This document shows, piece by piece, positions 49,801-62,399 of a stretch of 64,000 nucleotides of DNA; position 1 is the first letter of the stretch, and the number at the start of each line of letters is the position of its first letter. The stretch spans positions 34,158 to 98,157 of the forward strand of contig JAQGDQ010000770.1 in NCBI GenBank assembly GCA_030141605.1, read 5' to 3'. The notes beneath the pieces are model-generated. The model did no database searches, was not told where the DNA came from, and worked only from the letters and a program-made list of their open reading frames with translations. The position numbers and the translations under genes are program-made. Source of the stretch: Tubiluchus corallicola (lineage: Eukaryota > Animalia > Priapulida).

Positions 49801-52800
49801 ATAGAACATTGTAGAATGTTCCATTAGAATAATCGTCTTACCTTGTAGAATGTTCTAGAAAAAAACGTCTAGAATGTTCCCTGGCACCCTATATAAGGCA
49901 AAGCAGGCCGCTGAGACACATACGCTGATTCACACGGACGCACACTTACACATTCTCTTGTACCTGTATTTTCAGATACACTAAACGTTTTCCAGATTTT
50001 CACATTTACTGTAAACATTTCGCGTTCCTTCATACTCTTGTGTTGTAGAATTCTCGCTTAATAAACTAGTTTAATTTGACGAAGTGTTTTCTGGTTTTCT
50101 CTACGAGCCTTCCGAGAGAAACAAAACCTAACACTTCCCAGTTATCAGAAGAAACTTTCTTAGAATCAATTATAATCTTAGAAAAAGAGAGCACCTCAGT
50201 TTAACGTGTTTCAAAACTAATAACGTTTTAATTGTTGATGACTTAAAACAAATGAACACGGCTGTATACATGTATAAAACTTATTAAACTAAATGTCATC
50301 TCTTTCGAACATTCTTTAATAATCCAGTCTAACCTAATAATTAGCATTACGCAAATTGAAGAAGCTTGTCATCAGTTTCTGTAGAACAGATATAGCATGG
50401 CAGTTCATTGCAAACGTTGGTCCAAGGCTTTGGAATGGCATAAATGATGAACTAAAACTATTGAGCCATTACGAATGTACGTATAGGTTGTAATATTATT
50501 CAAATTGCAAATCCTTGCCCTGCATATTTAAAGTGTAATCAATATTTTTAATGCCAAATTTGTGAATCCCCTACTTATTTTGATTTGCAGATTATGTAAA
50601 GTAGGCTGTGTGCAGTTGCAAACATGAAGGAGCTTTCTTGATTAGTATGTTTGACGTTGTGCTGCCAATCTTCACGCTTGCAGACGTCCTTGTGAAAACC
50701 GTAAAAGCTAAATTTTAAGGCACAAGTTTCCGTGGATCTTTTTGTTAAACTGATAAATTTTGAAAGCGCGTCCTTGCTTACTACAATGATGGCTATTAAT
50801 ATTTGGCATGCTTGGAAAGCTAACTTGTCGGAACTTTCAAGAACATTTGTAATGCAAGGAATATTTTAAATTGAAAATATTGTTTTAATTCACACAATTT
50901 ATCATACGTTAGATAAGACAAGCATATAAAAAGTTAAAACAGCTTTAGAAAACACGTAGTTTTTCCTGTAATAGTAATGCCTAGAAAGTTCCTAGTATTT
51001 TAGTTTATATGTGCCAGTGTCCAAGTTTGGGGTGCGGGCACATATTGATTATTGAAATTGGCCAAATTGCCATTAAAAATCACTAGCAATTTTAATTTCT
51101 TGTCTCCTTTATATTTAGCTTGAATTTTTTTGGCAGTGTATCCATGACTCATGCGTGCTTATAGATGGATTGCAAAAGTTGCACGACAGAACTGTATAAT
51201 GTATCTTTAGTTTTCTATGCTAATAAAACATTTCTTCTTATTTAGGTTTTGTTCCTTGATCATCCCAAGAAAAAAATCCGTGATACCTCCTTGTACAAAC
51301 CATTCCGGAAAGCCCTGGGTAGCGGTGGCTTGCCATCATTAAAGAAGCTTACTGCAAAATTGCTGAATGTAACTGTGCAGGCTGGAGAACACAACTCGGT
51401 CTGTTTAGCCATCATATTTATGTTTTTATTTTTTATATAATCTATTATATTATACAAGCCGACTTATTTACTTGTCTGTTTATCTGTGTATTCATCTCTT
51501 TACTGTTTATGCTAAATGACAATATGACTACTAATGAAATTTCGCATGAATGATACTAGGATCACTGGCCCCGCATGAGGGGGGGGGGGATAAGTTTAGG
51601 TCACTGCCATCTTCCATCCGAAATATTGTTGATTTTTCGACACTCAAGTATTGTTTCAATTAGAAAATACAAAAAAACAAAGACATTTTTGCTCGTTCTC
51701 GCTTATACAGCTGGTAGTCGTCGAGTTACGACCAGTCTATCAGCAACCAACAAGCAACATCAGTATTCATTTTACTACACAATACCCAATATTAATCCTC
51801 AGCTTGATTATTAAATCATAAACTGTGCCTGTGTTTGTGCTTTTATTGTTACTTCATTAATACTAGTATTCTCTGTATAACACAGCAGCACCGATATCAA
51901 TAATTTAGTGTCAACTGTTACTTCATTAATACTAGTATTCTCTGTACAACACGGCAGTACCGATATCAATAATTTAGTGTCAACTGGAATTAAGGTAATG
52001 TTAGGGTCTGTTGACAACGCTATGATCTTAGCAACCATATCGTAAAATAAAAATGTACTGCCTCAATAAATTATAAGTAATGCATTAGTTTGCTGCATAG
52101 ATGGGCATTTTGATCCCAAGTATTTCTGTAATATTAAGGCCAGTGAAATATAGTCAATTATTGTGCACATGGGACATGACTGTTGCAAAACTAGTTTTAG
52201 GTAATAAAGCTTCATTTGGACAGCTTTGCTGTATAAAATGCCAAATGGTTGCAGGTCTAAAGCATTAACTACCGTTCTGTCAATTTATAGAGTACTTCGC
52301 CCAATGACTGAATTTCAATATTACACAACAATAAACCCCCCAAAACAAGTTTCATAAATTAGCTTACTGATGTTACTAAATGAGTATGCAAATGTTCCTT
52401 GCAATTATGTCTCATTACATACTGTGATTTATATCATATGAGCAAATATATAGAGAGCTACAGATGTTGCCAGTTATGCAAGCATACAGCTAAGCAAAAA
52501 TCAAACAAAGTAGTAAAGTATGTGTAATAAAGGAAATAATTATTTATTAGGTAGACCAGCTGCATTTTTTACAATGCAAAACACTTGGATGTTTTGAACC
52601 TTCAGTACTATGGTAATTAAAATACTAGCATTTTAAACCTAGCAAAGAAAATTGTACTTAATACACATTTACAGTTTTACGTAACTAGCTACAAGAATAC
52701 ACTCCGTTTGTACATTTTAAACACACAGCTATTGCTGCTTGTACATTGATGTGCTACGTGGTTCATGAAGCAAATAATAAAAAAATCTAGTAGTCTGTTA

Positions 52801-54736
52801 AAATTAAAATAACTGAATTGCACCTGCGGTGGAGTCAGGCTTGGAGACCAATAAACTGGGTGGCAAAAATTTGCCTCGGGACTGAAACAGGTCGAAAGAG
52901 AAACACCTCTAATTTATGGGTGCACTTCACAAATGATTGATACTATAATATGTTCCATTGTTTTAATATTACCATCTAAATTAATACACAGATTAATTAG
53001 CTATTAAACTGTGCCTATGTCTATGATTCATAATGATGTATTAACAACATGTGCAACACATTTGGATATTAATAACTTAGTATCAACACTGGCCATGATG
53101 TACAATTAATGCCTTAATTAAGCCTTTGGTGACAACACTACCAGCTTTAAAACCGTATCATAGATTTAATGTCCAATGAATTATAACTGTCGTCATCATT
53201 ACCAAGATATTGCATAGATACACTTTGATCCCAAGCATTTCGTGTTAATATAAAGGGTAATGTTATAAATAATATGTTAAAGGGCAATGGTGAAATAATG
53301 TAGCAGTGCTACAAATATTATCGCAAACAAACAAACAAATCGTCACCAAAATGAATTGCTGAAAAAAAGCTTGATAATAATAATATTATGTTAGATTGCG
53401 GACATGGCGTCCAAAGTGACAAAGTAGAATCTAGATAGATTTGTTGTGTAAAATATTAGGTAGTTGTATCAAAGAGAGCTCATTCTTTCCATGGCAATTC
53501 AACCAAATCCAAGATGGCCCTCTACTTCAAAACAAAACTGAACAATCAAACAAGTAAAAGGTTTAAGTAAATCTATTCAATGTAGTTCTATTTATTTATA
53601 TTGCTGCATGTATAATACAAGTACTACAAATTTTAACAATCTTATAATATTTCCTGAGCCTGGGAACTTTGGCACAGTCATGCTAGAAACAGTGTAACTT
53701 ATACAATAGCAGTAAGCTGGGGAAGCGACATGGAAAGCCTGTAATTACATTAGTTTTAATCATATCCAGAATGCTGAATAAAAATTGTTAGTGTTGCTTA
53801 CTGCTTATACACAGGTGTCACCATGTGTTCAGACCTGAAATTTTCAATTTACCGTACTGAGCAAGCTGTCAAAGCTTTTAAAGTAGCAAATATGATTTTT
53901 CGTTGCTTTGTTACAAAAAACATTAGCATTCTTTTAACATTGTATAAGTCATTTGTTCAACCTTTGTTGGAATACTGCACCTGTGTGTGGAATCCTCGTA
54001 ATGTTACCATGATTGGTAAAATTGATCTTGTACAAAGATATGTTACAAAACGATCATGTGCGAAATTTGAGTTAACTTAAGTTAACTATTTTAGTAAGCT
54101 GGACCATTTGAAACTACAGGCTCTTGAAACCAGATGTTTTATTTTTCATTTAAGAATGGTGTACAAAATTTATCATGCACTTGTAGATTTTAAGTTTTAA
54201 CAATTTTTTTACCTACGCACCTAGTCTCGGATTAACGGGCCATAGTTACAAGTTGTACAAAAATTATTGTCGTATTGAAGTTTTTAAATACTCTTTTGCA
54301 AACAAGGTGATCGATATGTGGAACAGTTTACCGTATGAGATTATTAATGCTAACAACTTACATTCTTTTTCATTTATCCTACTTACATTTGATTTTAATC
54401 CTTTTTAGAAATAACTAATTAATGTTGCCACCATAAGTGCGTTCATGTCTGGTGTCTTTCTCCCTTCTGAAAACATAAGTTAATCATATTTATTTGTAAG
54501 ATTTTGTAAATGTACAATTACATATTTGGATTGAATAAATCTAATCTGATCTAAAAATCAAAAAATGAAAAATATTTAGAAATTAAGAATACATTTTACC
54601 TAGAATGAATTTTCTTTTCCAGGTTGAAGATGCTCAAGCGGCTATGAGGTTATATACGATGCACAAAAAGGAGTGGGAAAAATCCCTGAAAGGAGCTCGT
54701 CACAAAGAAAAGGCTAAATTAAACAAATCTTTATGA
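46828..54736 (+). CDS. REXO4: RNA exonuclease 4 (DEDDh 3'-5' exonuclease), about 407 aa
   Basis: Exons 46828-47271, 47646-47734, 48261-48401, 48827-49023, 49365-49450, 51246-51398, 54623-54736 sum to 1224 nt. Lys-rich N-terminus, [72 protein letters not shown]. Start codon is less certain than the rest. Confidence 0.93.
47965..48187. mobile_element. MITE with TTCGAA-rich inverted ends in REXO4 intron 2
   Basis: Ends AGTAGGGTTAAGCGAATTCG and CATTCGATGCTCACCCCTACT. A related end, TAGGGATGAGCACCGAATGTTCG, occurs at about 38412. Confidence 0.6.
49770..50133 (+). mobile_element. Solo LTR (364 bp) in REXO4 intron 5
   Basis: TGT...ACA ends; 5-bp TSD CTTTC/CTTCC (one mismatch); TATATAA at 49890-49896; AATAAA at 50060-50065; repeated AGAATGTTC motifs upstream of the TATA box. 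Confidence 0.8.
51847..51986. repeat. 69-bp tandem duplication in REXO4 intron 6
   Basis: TGTTACTTCATTAATACTAGTATTCTCTGTA...GTGTCAAC at 51847 and 51916. Confidence 0.9.
53810..54553 (+). mobile_element. 5'-truncated CR1-like LINE (ORF2 C-terminus plus 3' UTR)
   Basis: [49 protein letters not shown], with stops and frameshifts. Ends in AATAAA plus a short (ATCTA)-like tail. Confidence 0.85.
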
Positions 54737-55742
54737 CAGGAAAGCAAGGCCAGAATTCAACTGTTGTATTTGTGATGTGCCTAGAAGAACTGATACAAGG
54801 AACAAGTGGGACACTGCCATTTTGGTATCCATCCCGACTTTAGCTGAATTGAGAAAAATTGTACATGTGTCATGATTGTCTAACTTAACTTGGCCGGCTT
54901 TGCCAGTCATATTTCATGATTTGTACGAAGTGATAACATAAAAGAAAGTTGTTATTACCCACTCGTTGAAAAAACTGTGAGACTCCTGCAGTGTATGTAA
55001 TCCTAACGTGGAAGGAAAAAGTGTTCAGAAGTTTTGTCCACAAAAGTAGTTTTTATTTGGCCTGACTGTGTCTTAAAATGTGTAAACTTCATTCAGAGTG
55101 TCAGCTAAAATGCAAGTTTGCTGGCTTCCATACGCATTGTGTAACGATCTGATGACTCACGATTTGTGATGCTTCAACTTTTGCAATGTAAAACATTTTG
55201 AACACTAGTACGAAATGTCAAAAAAGTTGTGTTTAGCCATATGCTCGAGTTTCCTTGTGACAAATGGCTTGTTACAGAAGCTTGAAATTTAGTAGGAAAG
55301 CATTGGGTGTCAAATGAATGTAATTAAGTGAGTTTGTGAAACTAAGGCAAAATTGTTTATAAATTTAAAATATATCTCTCTGCAATTTTTAAGAACTTCA
55401 TTGTTTATTTTTGTTGCAACAAAAATGCGGGTTTTCTAACATGAGCTGTCACACTCCTTAAAAATTCTAAGTCTTACTACAAAACATGTTGCATCAAGAG
55501 GTTTTGTCGTCTAAGTTCAAAGAAAGCTTAAATAACTACATGATTTGTTGGGATTCGTTTTTCCACCCATCTTCCAAGAAATGTAGTTAGAAAAGGAAAC
55601 ATGTGACATCATTTTTTTCATTGCTTTGAAAATTTACAATAGTTTTTGCTATAGTAGTCTGTGAGGATATTTTTAATATTTTATTGTTAACATAAATTTC
55701 AATGGGAACTGCAAATTTTTACATCAATAACATGCATGCCAT

Positions 55743-58700
55743 TTATATTGTGTCCGTAGGTGCCGTTTGTCGGTCGTATCGTTCCTTCAAAATGGCCTCC
55801 AGCATTTTTCTAGGATCCATCCTCTTTTTCTTCTTCTTTCGCCTCCGTCCTGGCCATGGAAAGCCACGCCTGGTTAGCAGGTCAGTGGCATTATGACAGA
55901 TGTAGTAGGCATTGCGCATAGCTGCTTCACTAAGAATATCAACCTGCCAAGAGACAAGAAGGCAGGTTAAAACAGTATGCAGTTGTAAAAACAGAATGTT
56001 GAAGTTATTCAGTTCACTGATTAATCTGAACCAAAAGATTTGAAACCAGATATTGTGAAGGGGTAAATTATAATTGCCCTGTGTTTTTGCTTGCAAAATC
56101 AGTTTCTCTTGTTGAACTATTTTCGTACACTACCGCATTTGCAATGTACATGGAATTTGCAACATTAATTAAGCTCGGACAACAACTTCAAATTTGTTAC
56201 TACGCCTATCTTTTTTATTAATGTTTTTGTCGTTGTTGTTGCTGTTATCATCGTTATTGTTATTGTCATACGAACAATAAAATTATTTTTGCTTTTTGAG
56301 CACTACCGTTCAAAGTACAGCACTATAGCAATGTGAGGATACTTAATAAATCAAATATTGACTGCCAGATGGCGCAACAATGCAGGGTCTTGCTATTTGC
56401 TTGTACTGATTATTAATTTTATTAATTCTTATCAGTCACCGAGCAGTACCGTTTAATTTGCATTTATTAGTACATGCACTATACAGTTCTGTACTTACGA
56501 CGGGTTTTTTCTTCCGTTTTTTCTTTTTCTTTCCCTTTTTCTTTCGCTTTCCGCCCCTGCCTTGTTTTGGCGATCTCGATTTGCGTCTTCCAAGTGATTT
56601 TGATTTTGATTTCCCTACTTTAGCTAGCGACTTTGGTCTTCCCTTTACCGATGACTTGGATTTCCCCTTTCCTGTAGATTCTGGTCGCCGTTTCGCTGAC
56701 GATTTTGACCTTGTTTTCCCAGGTGATTTCGTTCTGCCATTTTCTGTCGATTTCTGTCTCTTTTTCTCTGTCGGTTTGGGACTTTTAGATTTTGATCCGG
56801 TACCTTTCTTCCGAACCTGATACAGAAATGAAATTATTATTATAAAACAGACAGCGCATCTGTAGGTCTTTCGGCACATATGCACAGGCCCTATTTCATG
56901 GGGGGGGGGGGAGTGGGGATACTTCCCCGGGTCCTCACCCACCAGGGGGCCTCGTGCCGAAGTAATTTTTTTTGCTTTATGCGAACATACTGCCTCTTCT
57001 ATCCCCCCCTCTCTCTTGCCGCACGTACCGTTTGCCTTGTGCGGCTCGGTGCCGATGTTCAGCTGTTTTCAATTTCGGAATTTCTAACACCGGCTTGTAC
57101 GGAAGTGAGAGTACGGTATTACATATTGCAAAGATGTTGTTTTTGATTTGACTATTTGACAAGTATTAAAGACTGGTCTTGAGAATAAAGCAGTTTTTCT
57201 TTCAATTGTTCTTTCCTTTAACAACTGTGTAACTCCATATTTTCTCTTCGAAAATGCTTCTTCGGCGTTCTAGCAGTTCAAAATTTTTTGGGCGCCATCC
57301 ATGGTGGCGACCACCCCCCACCCCCCGAGGGCCTCACGCGCCCCACTTCCCCAGGTCTCACTTAGGCTGAAATACGCCCTGCATATACATGTAAAATGCC
57401 TATATAAACATATATCAAGCTTATCTGCACGTTTGATAACGTAATAAAGACTCATAGACTACACAAAAGACAAGTATATGTTTAGGAATACTATCAAGAC
57501 ATATAAAAAATATTAATGAAACCTTTGCTATATCGATCTATAGATACAGCATGATAATTTGCGCTGGTCAGTACGCTATAATGCGTCGTCTGCCCAAGGG
57601 ACATGTTCGTGTTTTATTGAAATAAAAATGGCCTTAATGAAACAGAAGTTTAACCTAGAGACCCATATGTAACCATTACTATCGTTTCTACAGTTGTTTT
57701 TAAGATATTTTACTCTTACAATCATATAAATAATTTTGTATGACTGACTGACGTGTTTTTATTTATTGACAAACTGACTTAAAGGGAGATGTGTTACACA
57801 GTTTCTGAGTTACAAATAACATTCGATCTTGAATTATTCACTCGAAGTTACAACCCTTTCAATAATTTTCGTGTGATTATTATAAAATTTTCCTAATTAA
57901 GCTTAGTCGTAACTCCTTGCGTTTTTTCGCTGTTTTATGATTCATCCACTTTACTACTGCCAAATAAGCCTAGACCAAAATCCAGGCATAAAGGGGTCCT
58001 AATACTGATAAGAATGGTTGTAATATAAGCTGATGCGCTTGTAGCTTTTGGCAGTTTACAAACTTTCAGTTCGCCTTTCATTCATTTTAACGACAGAATG
58101 CACAAAATTGCAATTTAACATAGCCTAATATCAGTTTAAGACTGTCTCTCCATTATTTCTACTCGATAATAAAGAGGAAGAACCACTGGCAGAAGAAGAC
58201 AGTTATGACACGTATACAAAAGCAATTTAGCAACAACAGCGAGCTGATCAAGAACATCAAAGGTGGGAACGTCGGATTTAATGAAGCCTTTTTAACCAGC
58301 TTTAACTGAACTTTCCAGAAGCGGCTTCAGATTCATCTAAAGTGGCGCTATAAATTCGTGTAAGCTTGTAATGCTTAGCGTACCTGCACGCTGCAGCCAT
58401 TTACGCATGCGCATTGCGACAAAACGTAAACGCGCTTGCCACTTGATCACGTGCTTGACATGTCTGCATTGCAGTGGTTTCGTCTGCTCCACGAGGACTG
58501 CACGTGAAAAACTTGTATAAAGGCTTGAGCTTTTGTTGTTATTAAAACAAATTAGCTTGATTGAAATAATGTAATTTCCCCTGGTTACATAAATAAATTT
58601 GTTACTGTTTGCAAGATGAAGACCGCGCAAAAGACCACATTCGATGCTCATAGGCCTTACGTGTTATTAATATAAACCTAGTTCAGTTTAGTACTTAGTA

Positions 58701-59373
58701 CTGTATGGTATGGTATGGTATGATATGGTACGGTATGGTATGGTATGGTATGATATGGTACGGTATGGTATGGTATGGTATGATATGGTACGGTATGGTA
58801 TGGTTAAATATAGCTTGGCATAGCACAACATACCGTATTTTGCTGTTGTCAGGCGCATTTCTATAATAGAGCCTAAAATAGGCCAAGGTTTAATAATTAT
58901 GAAGAAGTTAATGTAACACAAACTCTCGAAACAGGGTCTGAAACATGTCTTTCTTTGCCGTCTTTTAGGCCTATAATTTATTTGCAATAATTCTTTTTTC
59001 TTGTCAAAGATGGCGCCACATCGCATTAATTTTAGATGAAAAAGTCATGTACCGTACGATAACTGTTGTAGATAAAAAACGGACCAGTAAAATTTCACAA
59101 ATTTCTAAAACGTACTGATATAATCAAATGAATTAAACAGAGATTGAAATGTTTGATTTCGCGAATTCAGCGATTTTCCTTCAACACTCTTGTCAATACA
59201 TTTGTGTTGAAAGACTGCAAAAAACTACGCCAAAGTGCAAAGGACTCGGTCTACGTGCGTCACACAAATGAAAGTGTAAACGTCCTCCACTAAATAATAT
59301 TGACAGTTTTCCCGTTTTGCACACAATGTCAAATCGCCTAGTTGCGTTGTGTCTATCGATTGAGGCTTACCAT
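55743..59373 (-). CDS. SMKR1: Small lysine-rich protein 1 (SMKR1) family protein with extended basic N-terminus, about 173 aa
   Basis: Exons 59373-59371 (ATG followed by GTAAG donor), 56816-56499 (K/R/S-rich, phase 0) and 55943-55743. [36 protein letters not shown] matches the SMKR1 core as I recall it ([36 protein letters not shown]). The first exon is inferred. Confidence 0.82.
56885..57381. mobile_element. hAT-type MITE in SMKR1 intron 1
   Basis: TIRs CAGGCCCTATTTCA and TGAAATACGCCCTG; 8-bp TSD CATATGCA/CATATACA (one mismatch). Confidence 0.8.
58702..58805. repeat. (TGGTA)n pentanucleotide array with 30-bp higher-order unit
   Basis: The pattern TGGTA x3, TGATA, TGGTA, CGGTA repeats three times. 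Confidence 0.93.
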
Positions 59374-59556
59374 GTCAATGCACGCGCTCAGTCAGTTCAG
59401 CGGGTTTCGTTCCGTTTCTCATTTTCCATCGACCCGGCTAGAACGCGTGCGGTGCTGCAGTGCAGGCTTCTCAGGACAGTGCCGGCTTTTCTTGGAAGTT
59501 GAATCCGCGAAGCACGAATCAGGGATGAAGCCCTTGGGGATCTCAGACGCACGCGG

Positions 59557-59599
59557 GTTGCTAGTGTACGTGTAATCACAAAGAGTAACTGTGACGTCA
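59557..59599 (-). promoter_or_regulatory. Candidate SMKR1 promoter motifs: CRE palindrome and X-box-like site
   Basis: TGACGTCA at 59592-59599 and GTTGCTAGTGTAC at 59557-59569, in a CpG-rich stretch about 200 bp upstream of the inferred ATG exon. Confidence 0.4.
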
Positions 59600-61539
59600 T
59601 AGACTGCATTGACAGACAGCTAGCCGATAACACTGAAAGAACTAGTCGTGTTGCAAATTATCATAACAATAGCAATGCAGTTTAAATCGATACCCATGAT
59701 CATGGCAGGTGCAAATTTTTGAGCCGATCTATAATCATTTTCACAGCTTATTATGTACAATTTCTGTTTAACTCTTTAAAAGATCTACTGTAACTTGTGC
59801 CCAAGACGTGGACCAGAAATCAAAATGTAGGCTTAAAGCGTGCTTGTCCCATTGCTCTGCCGCTTTTCTTTCCCAAGTAGATGACTAGACACTTGGCCGT
59901 GCCACAAGACCACTGCGCCTTCCCTCGAACACTTGGTTTGCAATTTTTGTGCTTATTTTTTATTGAGCATTACAGAACCTGCTGAATGTTTTTTAAGGCC
60001 AAAACGGACTGTTTATTAAACTATGTAGTTAAACTTGTGAGAGCTGTAGTTGGCGGGTTAATAAGCCTATCGGGCAGCTTCAATGGATGCTAACTAGCAG
60101 GCTTACAGATGATGCTTGCAAGGTTGTGAAGTCTTCTCGCAGGTTTGCGAAATCCATCTGGTTTTCACAAAATGTAAGGTCATCTTAGTTCAAAAGTGAA
60201 GCAGAGAGAGGTTGCTCTAGAATAGAATCACTGCGTACTCACTAGTCAGTAAAAGTCCCTATAGTTTGACAATGACATCGTAAAAGTAAAAAAGTTGTTT
60301 TTGTTTTTAAAAAGTGTTTTCTAGTTGTTACTAGAAACTGATGAGAACCGTGGAGAATAAGTTCACTTAACTGCCTAAGAATCAATTAAATCAAGTTACA
60401 AACTACAGCAACGGCAACGGCAACGACAATGACAACATTAACATCAACGACACTCCAGCAACAACAAGATGAATCAACAATTTCAACATTGTGCCTGCTC
60501 CTGCAGAAATTGCGAAAATTTGACATTGAGGTGTATAGTTATACTCAAGTCAGGTTAGCCTTAAAAAATTCCCAATAATATAATTATGGTAACATTGTCA
60601 GGTAAATGTCTCTATCACTTGCTGACCCATGTCACAAGTAAAAGGACCAAAATACATCAGCATTACTGCCATTAAGAACTGTAACTGTTTTGCTAAATGA
60701 AGCAACACAGTGCACAGAACAAACTTTTGCAAACACTACAGAATCTCAGGCTTTGTAGAGCCCATTGCTCTTCAGGCTAGTCCTAATTGTTCAGTCACAA
60801 GAAGCCATTTAAGTAAATGTATTAGTATTGACATTCCACTCGTGTCACTATAGGGGCTTCTGGTTGCATGAGTCCAGTCTGGATGGGTAGCAGACGGGGA
60901 CAAAATATCATTCTTAACGGTAATTACGCATTCATGCATCTCCCCTCGCAATTATAATTACGATTATGCCTCAATTCAATTCAGTTGCACCTGATTGTTA
61001 TAAAAATTGATATTAATTTTGCTATAAACTGTAAACTGATTCCACTTTATAATCTTTACTAGCTTATTACACATTGAACCAATTTAATTAGGAATCAGGC
61101 CTTTGTATGCATACGTCCACACAGGCCTAATTGGCCTAAAAGCACGAACATTGTACTAAAGAATAGCGTGTTCAAGCCAGGCTCGCTTAATTGCAAACCC
61201 TAATGTACTGATAAAGGTTCCGCATGTCTCATTACGAATTTTTCAACAATTTTCAGCTTCCAAAGATTCCAAAGACCCCGAATGTTCTCAAAGAAAACTA
61301 ATGAAAGAAAAAGTAAATATAAAGTAAGCTGTTGCGAAAAAGTGTGAAATTTCTAACATAAGTAGGAGATGTCATAACGTTTCATTTTAGATGTGGTCTC
61401 ATTTAGAGGGCAAATTCAAATGGCAGCCATCGAAAATTGCAAAGTTCCCTAAATCGTCATAGTTTTGCCAATATTTAACATAGAATTAGCAAAATAGAGT
61501 ATGAAATCCAAGACAATGAAGAAAATTTGCTTTAACTGC

Positions 61540-62360
61540 ACTCGGCATTTTACCATTGGTAGACAGAGCTGGTGGTGTGGCCTGATTTTCATGAGGGAAG
61601 AAATTGCAATGTCTCCATTTCATGCTTGACAGGAGATATATAGTTTTGAAAAAAGACCACTGTTACTCTTCAACGTGGTGATTTGTGCCTCTTGTTTAGA
61701 CTTTGTCTTAAGTGGAGGCCGACTAAAATGTGGTAGTTTGTTCTTTGTGGTTGTTTGAGTAATGGGTGTCAAACTCTGTTCCAGCCTTTCTCTCACATAC
61801 TTTGAGTATTGCTCCTCACCATTGGTCTCTATCCTTTTTACAGTTCCAGATACTTCAGCATCTATCATATCCCTTCTGGCAATAACTAGTAGGTCTCGGA
61901 CCTTATTCGAGAAATAGATTCCCCATTTCTTCGAGAATTGCAATAAGTGCCACCACATTGTTCAGGAATGCTGCTTGCACTCCAGGTTGTTGATCGCAGT
62001 GATTGTGTCTCATATCAGCAAGTCCATCCTGTTGCTTTATGATCTGTTCCTTCAAACTCGCTGGTTATTCTGGCACTTTCTGGCCGTGCCATCATCTAAT
62101 GTCTTAGTGCACCCGGATTACCAGTAAGTCCTATAGCACCACCTGAGCCTTTTACTAATGCATTGTTCTGCACATGACACTGATCAAGAGCCATAGCAGA
62201 AAACTTGCTATTAGTTTTGTGCACTACAAAATTTCCAAACCTGAATTGTGCAAGACTAGTTGGATGTTTTTCTTCAAAAGTCATCATATCATGGATATGC
62301 ACAGAATGGCATCTTGAGTGCACGTGGTCAAGAGCGAACACCCAAGGCATTTCTTTTGTC
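61540..62360 (-). mobile_element. Degraded Academ-like transposase core fragment
   Basis: PWVFALDH..SVHIHDMM.FEEKHP..GNFVVHKT..KFSAMALDQCHVQNNALVKGSGGAIGLT.NP.ALR, then LFSKLYISCQ..HENQATPPALS, with several frameshifts. Superfamily assigned from recalled motifs. Confidence 0.65.
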
Positions 62361-62399
62361 AGTGTGTCCTCTATACTCCTGCTGGTTTATGCTTAGATA

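Noticed and set aside
56436-56942. Single-exon histone H1-like ORF of 168 aa
   Set aside because: No winged-helix domain; its N-terminus lies in a MITE and intron; splice sites at 56816 and 56499 link the basic part to the SMKR1 core.
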